DNA of 64,000 bases, from the NCBI GenBank assembly GCA_963850305.1, contig CAWKKR010000006.1:192001-256000 (forward strand), written 5' to 3'. Position 1 is the first letter of the stretch. Each line of letters opens with the position of its first letter. This DNA comes from an uncultured delta proteobacterium. GTDB lineage: Bacteria; Myxococcota_A; Polyangia; Polyangiales; Polyangiaceae. The notes beneath the pieces are model-generated. The model was not told where the DNA came from. It saw nothing but the letters and a program-made list of their open reading frames with translations, and did no database searches. A program made the translations under genes and the position numbers. Below, in pieces: positions 21,022 through 29,689 of this stretch.

Positions 21022-22434
21022 TGCACGACGTGGAGGGCCGCGCAGAGCGTCTCGAGCTTCAGTCGCGTCTCGGCGTACTCGCTCGCGGGATCGGAGTCGC
21101 GCACGATGCCGCTGCCGGCGTAGAGGTACGCACGATTGTCGACGATGGCCCCCGAGCGCAGTCCGACGGCAAACTCACCGTCCCCCTTTGCGTCGAACCA
21201 GCCGATCGGCGACGCGTACCAGCCGCGTTCGGCAGGCTCTTCCGCGCGGATGAACTGGACCGCGCCGGACGTCGGTACGCCGCCCACGGCGGGGGTCGGG
21301 TGCAGTCGCTCGACCAGCTCGAGCACGTGCACGGGGCGATGGAGCCTGCCGCGGATCGGCGTCGTCAGGTGGACGAGGTGCGGCAGCACGCGAACCTCGG
21401 GCGAACGCGGATGTTCCAGCGATTCGCACACGGGCGAGAGCGTCTCGACGATCTGTCGAACGACGAGCTCGTGCTCTTCCCGCTCCTTCGGGCTGTTCAT
21501 CATTTCCGCGGCGCTGCTCGCGTCGCCGACGCGGCTGGTTCCGGCGAGCGCCTCGGTGGCAAGTTCGGGACCCTTCCGGCGAATGAGTCGCTCCGGAGTC
21601 GCGCCGAGGAATGTGCTTCGACCGAACCTGAACGCGAAGCGTGTGCAGTGCGTCGCGGAGCGCCCGAGCTCCGTGACGACGTCGAGCAGAATCGATCGGG
21701 CCGTCGAACGAGAGCGTGGTCCGCCGGGCAATGACGACTTTCTCGAACTCGCGCCGGGAAATCCGCGTCACGATCTTTTCCACGAGGTTCGTCCACTCGG
21801 GGAGGGTCACCTCGACGCGGCTCGCGACCGTCCAGGGCGCAGGCCGACGGCGCACCACCGGGCCGTCGTGCGACGCCGCGCGCAGGGTCGCGAACGTCCT
21901 CTCCGTCGCTGCCACGAGCTCGCGGACCGCGGAGTCCGTCACGACGTCTTCACGACGCGCTGCGACGCTCAGCCAAGCGTGGTCGCCCTGACGCGCATAC
22001 CGGAACCTGGGTAAGACGAAGCGCGCATCGCCGAAATCCGTCCAGGGCTCGGACGACGACGCACCGGGCTGAAAAGAGAACCCCCCGAGAAATCGGACCG
22101 ATGGGGCAGGGGTATCGCCGAGGTCGACCGTCTGCAGGGAGCGAAAAACGGCGTCGGCATCCGCGCGGATCTGCGCGACCCTCGCGGACCCGTGCCCCCG
22201 CAGGTTCGCGACGGCTCCGACGGCGGAAAACGCCGTCCCCTCGATGGGCTCGAAGAGCAGGGCATCCTCCGCGGGCGCCGCGGCAAGCAATGCTTCCAGC
22301 GGGGCGAGGGGCGCGGGCACCGAGACCACCGCGACTGCGGCCGGGTCTCGCACGGAGGCGAGCGCGTCGCGGAGCGCATCCCCGAGTTGCAGGGGCCTCC
22401 GCGAGGGTTCGAGCGAAACAGCCGAGGTCGTCAC
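21018..22434 (-). CDS. menF: Isochorismate synthase (frameshift near 21700)
   Basis: KVVIAR, GATPERL, EALAGT, LHPTPAVGG, YAGSGIV. Confidence 0.85.
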
Positions 22435-23168
22435 GAGGGGTGCCGCGGTTGTGCGACGTAAAGGTTGGCGACGCCGAACGTGAGCGCCACGTTTTCCAGT
22501 ACGGTGAGCCCCGCCTCGTCCATCGTCCGGGCAAAATCTTTCGACGGGGGAAACGCGGCGATGGAGCGCTGCAGGTACCGGTACTCGCGCGAGCCGGACA
22601 CGAGCCCGCCCAGGAACGGGACGACCGAGTGCACGTGAAAGCGCGCAAGCGGCCCCAGGAAGCCGCCGCGCGGTTCCGACAGTTCCAGGATGACGACGCG
22701 CCCCGACGGACGCGTCACCCGGGCCATCTCGCGCAGGGCCTTCGGTCGATCGGGCACGTTCCTGATGCCGAACGCGATCGACGTCGCGTCGAACGAGCGG
22801 TCGTCGAACGGAAGCGCCTCGGCAAGGCCGGTCCGGAGCGTCACCCGTTCGGCGAGACCGCTCCGCGCGATCTTGCCGCGACCCACGTCGAGCATCTTGA
22901 CCGACGGGTCCACGCCTTCGACGAGGACGGTCGGGTGCGTTTCGGCGATGAGGATCGCGAGGTCGGCAGTCCCCGTGGCGAGATCGAGCGCCCGCCCCGA
23001 CGCGGGAAGCCCCATGGCCGCGACGGTCTTCCGCCGCCACGCCTGGTCTATGCCGAGTGACAGGAGCCGATTCAGGAGGTCGTAGCGATCGGCGATCCGA
23101 TCGAACATTTGCCCCGACCCGTCTCGGGTCACCGGGCTCTGGCTCGATAGGACGGGCTCGTGGGGCAT
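22431..23168 (-). CDS. menG: Demethylmenaquinone methyltransferase
   Basis: MFDRIA.RYD..N..LSLG.D..WR, LDLATGTAD, FGIRNV. Confidence 0.9.
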   Translation of the reverse strand: MPHEPVLSSQSPVTRDGSGQMFDRIADRYDLLNRLLSLGIDQAWRRKTVAAMGLPASGRALDLATGTADLAILIAETHPTVLVEGVDPSVKMLDVGRGKIARSGLAERVTLRTGLAEALPFDDRSFDATSIAFGIRNVPDRPKALREMARVTRPSGRVVILELSEPRGGFLGPLARFHVHSVVPFLGGLVSGSREYRYLQRSIAAFPPSKDFARTMDEAGLTVLENVALTFGVANLYVAQPRHPS

Positions 23169-23294
23169 CGCGCGGTCTCTTCGGCCGGTCCCGGACATCT
23201 GCCGCCGAAAGTGCCGCTCACCGGGAACCGCGGTGAAGGCGCCTCCGCTTTTAGGAAGCAGCGACGCGGGCGTCAAGATCGGCCGATTGTCCGG

Positions 23295-23415
23295 CACTCT
23301 CGATCGGTGACCGCAGGAGCGAGCCTCCGGCTGGCAGAGCCGGCAACGGTTTCGGCGCCGGGATCGGGTCCGGGGAGGGGTTCGGGCAAGCGGGAGCGGG
23401 ACCGCCGGAGGCGGT
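23295..23415. repeat. Dispersed element copy 2, left arm
   Basis: Shares CACTCTCGATCGGTGACCG and AGCGGGAGCGGGACCGCCGGAGGCGGT with 12300-12422. Confidence 0.85.
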
Positions 23416-23498
23416 GCCGGTCGAGCGAGCCTTCGCGGGCCCGTATTAGTAGCTTTGGGGCGTCGGGCGTCGGCCCCGGGAGTCGGCAGATGCGGGCT

Positions 23499-23780
23499 TC
23501 AGTCCGGGCCTTCGGCGAGCGCGGCGCGTGGGCCGAGCTCGGCATCGGTCGCGGACACGAGCGCGAAGAAGACGTCGTCGTGGAGCGCCTTCCACGGCAC
23601 GTGCCGTCGCTCTTCCGAGCGCTGGGTGATGCTGCGGAAGAGGGCGAGGATCGTGTAGGCGATGCGGCGCAAGATCGCGACGACGAGCGCGGCACGCGGA
23701 TTCGACTCGATCCACGGGTGGTCGTCCTCGGCGAAGGCGGTGTCGAGGATCTGATGCGCCGTCTCGACGCCCCAGTGCCT
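23499..23780 (-). pseudogene. ISAs1-family transposase C-terminal remnant
   Basis: Start-less frame RHWGVETAHQILDTAFAEDD...LRRIAY matches RxHWxIExxHxxLDxxFxED. Confidence 0.75.
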
Positions 23781-23793
23781 GGCCTGCTCGGCG

Positions 23794-24144
23794 TCAGCGC
23801 ACGAGCCGGCTCAGCACGTTCTTCAGCCGCACCCCGAGCGCGAGCACCTCCGCGACCTCTGCCGGGGCGCACGCTCCGAGCGCGCCGGCAATCTCGACCG
23901 CCGCGCACGCCTCGCAGCACTCGGCGAGCGCGATCGCGTAGGCGCGGCTCTTGTCCGCGAGGCTCTGCCGCGCGGCACCTTCGGCGGCATTGAGCGCCGC
24001 GCTCGCGGCGCTCTTGCGCGCCTGCGCTCGGAGCTGCGAGTCCCGGATGCGCGTGCCCGCGACGCGCTTCACGAGCTCGAGCGCGAGCTGGTACGCGATG
24101 AGACGATGGTGGGGAAGCGATGCGGAGGGATCGGGGTGGCTCAT
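23794..24144 (-). CDS. Four-helix-bundle protein (23S rRNA IVP/Avd-like), 116 aa
   Basis: L.AYQLALEL, L..Q..KSA.S..LN.AEG, Y.IA..E..E; GGAGGG RBS. Confidence 0.85.
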   Translation of the reverse strand: MSHPDPSASLPHHRLIAYQLALELVKRVAGTRIRDSQLRAQARKSAASAALNAAEGAARQSLADKSRAYAIALAECCEACAAVEIAGALGACAPAEVAEVLALGVRLKNVLSRLVR

Positions 24145-24307
24145 GCCCTCCCAGGCGCAGGACCCGTGACAGCGAAGCGTCGTGCACGGCCGCTCCTTGC
24201 CGCCGCTGGCGCGGGGCGTGCGCCACCAGGCAGGAGCCACCCCGAGCCCGACACCGCTCCCAGAACCGAGGCCCCACACCGAGACCGACACCGGCACCGA
24301 TCCCCGA

Positions 24308-24536
24308 TCCCCCGTCCCCCCGCTGCGCAGGCGCGGCTGCATCTCGCCACGAGGCCCGTCAGGCTGGCCCAGCGGCGAGAACCTTCTCAGGCCGCGCCCG
24401 TCCCTCCGGTGCGTCCCACCAAATCTTGTCGGGCGCTGCGAATTTGTGCGCGTTCCCGCTCCACATCCCAAAACCCTATCTTCTTCCGGCTCCGCTCCCG
24501 CGCCCCTCACCTCAACCGGCCCGACTTCCAATCAAG
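24308..24536. repeat. Dispersed element copy 2, right arm
   Basis: Colinear with 12423-12649, with several identical 21-27-nt blocks. Confidence 0.9.
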
Positions 24537-24592
24537 CCTGGTTTGTCGTGCGGCAGAGGGCGCCGCACGGGTGGGTATGGCATAGTCGGCCC

Positions 24593-25120
24593 GTGTTCGC
24601 GTCCCTTCGCCGATTCCGTCGGCTGGTGCCGCTCGCCGCGCTGCTCGTGGCCTGCGTGGCGGTCGCGCTGCCGACCCGAGCAGCGCCGCGCGAGGTCGCC
24701 GCGACCCCGGACGAATCGTTCAATGAATACGTGCCGGGCGCCGCGCTGCTCGAAGGACGATTGCTCGCGCCCTGCTGCTGGACCCAGACGCTCGACATCC
24801 ACGGCTCGCCGATCGCAAACGAACTACGCCGCGAGATCCGCCATCGCCTGAAGGCCGGGGAAACCCCCGAGGCCATCCAGGCCGACCTCGTGCGACGTTA
24901 CACGACGAGGATCCTCGCCGTACCGCCCGACCATCCTCTGTCACGGATTGGAACAATCCTGTCGGTAGCGTTGCTCGGAGCCGGCGTGTTTGCCGGAAGC
25001 CGCGTTGCTCGATGGAAGAAGCGAGCCTCGAAACCGCCTTCCGTTCCACCGAATGCCGGCGCATCGTCCAACGACGAGTGGGACGCGCGTCTGGACGCCG
25101 AGCTCGAAGACGAGGACTGA
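24593..25120 (+). CDS. ccmH: Cytochrome c biogenesis CcmH/CycL-like protein
   Basis: LLAPCCW.Q.L..H.S..A..LR.EI...L..G.....I....V.RY...IL..P plus TM. Confidence 0.75.
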   Translation: MFASLRRFRRLVPLAALLVACVAVALPTRAAPREVAATPDESFNEYVPGAALLEGRLLAPCCWTQTLDIHGSPIANELRREIRHRLKAGETPEAIQADLVRRYTTRILAVPPDHPLSRIGTILSVALLGAGVFAGSRVARWKKRASKPPSVPPNAGASSNDEWDARLDAELEDED

Positions 25121-25123
25121 GAT

Positions 25124-27259
25124 TCAGCGCGCCGCGGGCTTTCGCCGCGAACCGGTCGACGACACCTGGCGGCTCGTCTTCGGGCGGCCTTCGGGGTTTT
25201 TATTGGGTACCCTGGAAACCTTCGGCCTCGCGGGCTCGGCTTTCCCGCGCGCGCGAGGCTCAGGGGGCTCTTTCGCGAAGAGCTTTCGCGCGGCGTCGGC
25301 GGCGCGTGCGGCCATCTCGGTCTGTCCGCGCATCTCCATCAAGAATCGGCTCGGGATCTGCGGACGCTCGGTGCCCCATTTCATCCGCGCCTTGCAGTAA
25401 GAGAGCGTCAGCCGATCCTTCGCTCGAGTGACGCCGACGTAACAGAGTCGCCGTTCCTCGTCGATGCCGGTGCCGCCAGCGTCCTCGATCGCACGCCGGT
25501 GCGGCATGAGCCCCTCCTCGACGCCGACCATGTACACGTGAGCGAACTCGAGTCCCTTGGCGCCGTGGAGCGTCATCAGCGTGATGGCTGCCGGGCGCTC
25601 GTCGTCTTTCTTCAGGTCGTCACGGCCGACGAGACTGGTCTCGTCCAGGAACTCGCGAAGCGACGGCTTTTCCGTTCGCGACTGGTATGTAGCGATCGTG
25701 TTGACGAGTTCTCCGAGTGATTCCCACCGTGCTTCGGCGTCGCCGGGGTTCTTGTACGCGCGCGCGAGTTCCCCGCGGTAATCGATGTCACGCAAGAGCT
25801 CCATCACGACGTCCACCCAGTTGGATTCCGACGCGATGCGCGCCCGGTATCGATCGATGAGCCCGCGGAACGCTTCGACGCGCTCGCCCGCCTGGTGAGG
25901 GACGTCACCGTCCGTGATCGCGCCGGGCAGTTCGGCCCAGAGTGACGTTCCCGCGGCCACGGCGCGCTTGAGGAGGGCCTCCACGACGCCGTCGCTGATC
26001 CCGCGCCGCGGCGTGTTGATGATCCGGAGCAGCGACACCTCGTCCGAAGGGTTTGCGAGCACCTTGAGGTACGCGAGAACGTCGCGAATCTCCTTCCGGT
26101 CGTAGAATGACTGGCCGCCGACGAGCACGTACGGCACTCGCTCGCGACGGAGTTCAACTTCGAATGCCCGAGGCTGCTCGTTCGTCCGAAACAGGATCGC
26201 GATCTCGCGTAGCATCCACCGATCGGGTTTCTCCGGCACCACGTTCGACGCGATCTCCCTGACGATCTCCGTCGCCTCCGTGCTCTCGCCGTCGAATTTG
26301 AGGAACCGCGGAGGATCGCCGCCGCGCCGCGCCGCGCGAAGTACCTTCCCATGTCGCTGCTTGTTGTGACCGATGAGCGTGTTGGCGAGCGCGAGAATGC
26401 TCTCACGACACCGGTAGTTGTCCTCCAAGCGCACCACCGTCGCGCCTTTCCAGTCTCTCGCGAAGTTGAGGATATGGGTGACCTCCGCGCCGCGCCACCC
26501 GTAGATCGACTGATCGTCGTCGCCCACCACGCAGAGATTCTGATGGTCTTCCGCGAGCGCTCGAACGATCCGATATTGGAGCGCGTTGGTGTCCTGGTAC
26601 TCGTCGATCAGAACGTGGTCGAAGCGGCGTGATTCGGCGCGTCGCACATCCTCGAATCTGCTGAAGAGCTCCTCCGTGCACAGGAGGAGATCGTCGAAGT
26701 CGACGGCGCCGGCCGCGCGGAGGGAAGCCTGGTATCGCACGAACGCCATCGCCGCGAGTTGCTCGCGATCGCTCTCCGCAATCTGGTCCGCCTGGTCCGG
26801 ACGCACGCCCCGCGTCTTCCAAGAGCCGATGATCGACAGAAGCTCTCCGGGTCGCAGCTTCTCGTTGCCGACGCGCAGATCCCTGAGGGTCGACCGGGCG
26901 ATGCTCTCCTGTTCGTTCTGATCGTAAATGGCGAATTCGGCTGGGTAACCGAGACGCTGGATGTTTCTGCGAAGGATGCGAACGCAGAGCGAGTGGAATG
27001 TCGATATCTCGGGCTGGCTTTCCTTGGTCCGGCGCTTACCGAGAAGAGAAACTGCGCGCTCCCGCATTTCTCGCGCGGCCTTGTTCGTGAACGTGACCGC
27101 CAAGATCCGGTTTCCGCGCGTGCCGGCGCGAATCAATTCCGCGATGCGATAAGTGATGACGCGCGTTTTTCCGGAACCCGCCCCCGCAAGGACGAGGAGC
27201 GGGCCTCGACGAGTCATGACTGCACGCCGCTGCTCGGGGTTCAGATCCGGGATCGACAT
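25124..27259 (-). CDS. UvrD/Rep/PcrA helicase
   Basis: AGAGSGKT, TFTNKAA, DEYQD, VGDDDQSIY, EERRLCYVGVTRA. Confidence 0.95.
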   Translation of the reverse strand: MSIPDLNPEQRRAVMTRRGPLLVLAGAGSGKTRVITYRIAELIRAGTRGNRILAVTFTNKAAREMRERAVSLLGKRRTKESQPEISTFHSLCVRILRRNIQRLGYPAEFAIYDQNEQESIARSTLRDLRVGNEKLRPGELLSIIGSWKTRGVRPDQADQIAESDREQLAAMAFVRYQASLRAAGAVDFDDLLLCTEELFSRFEDVRRAESRRFDHVLIDEYQDTNALQYRIVRALAEDHQNLCVVGDDDQSIYGWRGAEVTHILNFARDWKGATVVRLEDNYRCRESILALANTLIGHNKQRHGKVLRAARRGGDPPRFLKFDGESTEATEIVREIASNVVPEKPDRWMLREIAILFRTNEQPRAFEVELRRERVPYVLVGGQSFYDRKEIRDVLAYLKVLANPSDEVSLLRIINTPRRGISDGVVEALLKRAVAAGTSLWAELPGAITDGDVPHQAGERVEAFRGLIDRYRARIASESNWVDVVMELLRDIDYRGELARAYKNPGDAEARWESLGELVNTIATYQSRTEKPSLREFLDETSLVGRDDLKKDDERPAAITLMTLHGAKGLEFAHVYMVGVEEGLMPHRRAIEDAGGTGIDEERRLCYVGVTRAKDRLTLSYCKARMKWGTERPQIPSRFLMEMRGQTEMAARAADAARKLFAKEPPEPRARGKAEPARPKVSRVPNKNPEGRPKTSRQVSSTGSRRKPAAR

Positions 27260-27405
27260 TCTCGCACCGGCTCGTTGCTCGACTCCCCGTGTTCGGTCAA
27301 GGAGATCGTGCATGGCGAGCGAACGCGGACGCGCGACTGCTCGATAGGACGTGGCATGCTCGACGGAATCGGCTATGTTGGATTGTCGATGCACGTCGCT
27401 CAACG

Positions 27406-28197
27406 ATGAAACAGGGCATGGGTGTCGCGAGCGGTTCGCTGTACGTCGAGTCGTACGGGTTCGGGGAACCCACCCTCCTCTTGATGCATGGGTTTGCAGG
27501 GAGTGCCCGCAATTTCAGACCGCAGTCGAGGGCACTCGGGAGCAGGCGGCGTGTCGTCTCATTCGATGCGAGAGGTCACGCTCGCAGCAAGGTGCCAGCG
27601 GACGCCAGTGCCTACACGGTCGCGTCCTTCGTGTCCGATGCGGCGACGGTGATCGACGACCTGGGGGTGGAGGGTGTCGTACTCGGCGGCACGAGCATGG
27701 GCGCTGCTATCGCTCTTCAATATGCGTTCGAACGACCGGAGCGACTGCGTGGTCTCGTGATCGTCTCGTTCCCATCCGCATCATCGAAGGAGTGGGCGCT
27801 GGCGTTCGCTGAAGCGATCGAGCGGGATGGGCTCGATCGTGCCGGCGAGGTCTTCGTTTGGGGTGGTTCACATTTCGACGTCGCATCCAGGAATTGGATC
27901 CGGCAGGGCTTCCTCGAGCATCGCGCCGAAGCGTTGGCGTGGACTCTGCGCGGGGTACTCGCTCGACTCCCGACTCTCGAGGCATCGAGAGATGCGCTCG
28001 TGCGATTGCGCATCCCCACCTTGGTCGTGGCGGGCGACCGGGACGACCGATCCATCGGGGTCTCGCATGAGCTGGTGAGACAAATCTCGGGCTCGCGTCT
28101 GGCGGTCATCCATGACGCTGGTCACGTCGTCAATCTCGAGAAACCGCAATTATTCAACAGTGTTCTGAGTAATTTCTTATGCTCAATCGAGAAATAA
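27406..28197 (+). CDS. Alpha/beta hydrolase
   Basis: HGF, D.RGH..S, GTSMG, AGH. Confidence 0.85.
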   Translation: MKQGMGVASGSLYVESYGFGEPTLLLMHGFAGSARNFRPQSRALGSRRRVVSFDARGHARSKVPADASAYTVASFVSDAATVIDDLGVEGVVLGGTSMGAAIALQYAFERPERLRGLVIVSFPSASSKEWALAFAEAIERDGLDRAGEVFVWGGSHFDVASRNWIRQGFLEHRAEALAWTLRGVLARLPTLEASRDALVRLRIPTLVVAGDRDDRSIGVSHELVRQISGSRLAVIHDAGHVVNLEKPQLFNSVLSNFLCSIEK

Positions 28198-28305
28198 GAA
28201 TGGCCCGGAGTACCCGTGTCTGTCCGCAGGGACGATGCTGCATGGGTTCATCGGACGCTTCGGAGGAGAGCACACCACCCTACATGCCGTGGACACGGCT
28301 GGAGC

Positions 28306-28365
28306 ACATCTAGTGCGTGACTACAACATCAAGTGTTGACACATGACACTAGATGGCAATATATG
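28306..28365 (+). promoter_or_regulatory. Sigma70-like promoter overlapped by three CATCWAGTG motifs
   Basis: TTGACA 28336-28341, AT-rich -10 region; motifs at 28307, 28327 and 28347 (inverted). Confidence 0.5.
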
Positions 28366-28422
28366 TGCTGCAACCGGCCCGAACGAGGGCAATCGATCGG
28401 TTCCGGCATCCAGGAGGACCGC

Positions 28423-28566
28423 ATGGCTGCAAAGAAAAAGAAGAAGGGCGCAAAGCGCGCTGCGAAGAAGGGCAAGAAGAAGGCGACCCGCAAGAAGGCC
28501 GCCAAGAAGAGCAAGAAGAAGGGTCGGAAGAAGAAGAAGGCACCCGCGGCTCCACCCGCGATGTGA
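28423..28566 (+). CDS. 47-aa Lys-rich, histone-H1-like microprotein
   Basis: AGGAGG RBS; 22 Lys and 3 Arg; strong AAG codon bias. Confidence 0.75.
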   Translation: MAAKKKKKGAKRAAKKGKKKATRKKAAKKSKKKGRKKKKAPAAPPAM

Positions 28567-28698
28567 CCATTGGAGCGGTCGCGCGTGGATCGGGCTGGCC
28601 GACCCCGCGTGATCGCCGCCGCGCGGCCGGTGATTCGTTCCAGGAGAGATCCTCGAGCGGGCTCGATGCGCGGGCTAGTGAAGGTCGCAAGGCGACCT

Positions 28699-28745
28699 CG
28701 AAAGTGCCCCGAAGCTCCATGCTGCGGGGTGCTTTCGTTTGTGCT
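28699..28745 (+). terminator. Probable intrinsic terminator
   Basis: CGAAAGTGCCCCG / CGGGGTGCTTTCG stem followed by a T-rich tail. Confidence 0.6.
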
Positions 28746-28838
28746 TCCTTATCGAAGAATTCCGCCCGTTGGCGCTAAGCTGCGCGAGCTTGACCGGGTT
28801 ACCGAGGGAATTTTTTTTTCGGAATTGCCCTCTCCTGC

Positions 28839-29675
28839 GTGGCGGGGCTCCCATTCGGGTGCCATCGCGACCAGCCTGCGGCGAAACGCGCGGCGGCCCC
28901 GCCGATCAGCCGAGGGGACATCGTGGTCGTTGAACGGGCGGCCGCGGAGTTTTTCGAAGGGCGCGTGCTTTCCGTCGCGGAATCGTCGCTCAAAGTGCAG
29001 ACGTCGGACGAGGGAGATCCCGCCACGGTCGCGCGCAGCGACGCCTATAGAGTTCCATCACTCGGCCACACCTACTCGCGCGGACAGCCGGCAATCTGCG
29101 AGGATGGCCCGTCGCGGTGGGTCGCGTGTCGTGTCGTCGGGACCGAAAGCAAGGACGTTCTCGCCGAGCTCGGGACCGGCGAAAAGCGGACATTCGATGA
29201 CACGGAAATCCTCACGGCAACCCCCGTCACATCTCTGAATATCCAACGATACTTCGAAATAGTGGTCTCGCGGCGGCGCTTTGCGGAAGCGGCCCGCTCC
29301 GCGGGCGACCCGACGCGCCCGGGCGGATGGTTCCCTTCTCCCCATGAACCGGTCATCGCAAAGCAAGGCCCCTACTGGTTCTCGGCGCACGCGGCGCATT
29401 CCGCGGGCGATGGCGGGCTGACCATCGTTTGGGAAGGCAGTGCCCGCGCGGAGACGGTGCCCGGCGCGAAGGTCGTGCCGGTCCCTCCATTCGACCACTT
29501 GTTCGCGAGCGGTGACTTCGCGCTCGTCCGTCCCGCCACGGAGGGCGGGCCGTGGATGAAGGTCGTCATCGACGCCGTCGGCCCGGAGGAGGCCGTGATC
29601 ACCGCAGAAGACGGCGAGCAATCGCGCGTCAGCGTGCGCCATCTGGTGCCGCTCGGGCGCCGCCACCCGAAGTAG
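28839..29675 (+). CDS. Hypothetical protein with four Tudor/Agenet-like repeats; N-terminus likely shifted at a T9 run
   Basis: Four ~60-aa units G..V......W/F....V......V...G....V....I/L. Confidence 0.6.
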   Translation: MAGLPFGCHRDQPAAKRAAAPPISRGDIVVVERAAAEFFEGRVLSVAESSLKVQTSDEGDPATVARSDAYRVPSLGHTYSRGQPAICEDGPSRWVACRVVGTESKDVLAELGTGEKRTFDDTEILTATPVTSLNIQRYFEIVVSRRRFAEAARSAGDPTRPGGWFPSPHEPVIAKQGPYWFSAHAAHSAGDGGLTIVWEGSARAETVPGAKVVPVPPFDHLFASGDFALVRPATEGGPWMKVVIDAVGPEEAVITAEDGEQSRVSVRHLVPLGRRHPK

Positions 29676-29689
29676 ACGAGTCGCGACTA

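Noticed and set aside
23794..24144. Diversity-generating retroelement suggested by the Avd-like gene
   Set aside because: No reverse transcriptase in the window, and differences between the repeat copies are not adenine-specific
28570..28700. tRNA, SRP or other known RNA gene
   Set aside because: Hairpins are present but no cloverleaf, T-loop or SRP motif was recognised
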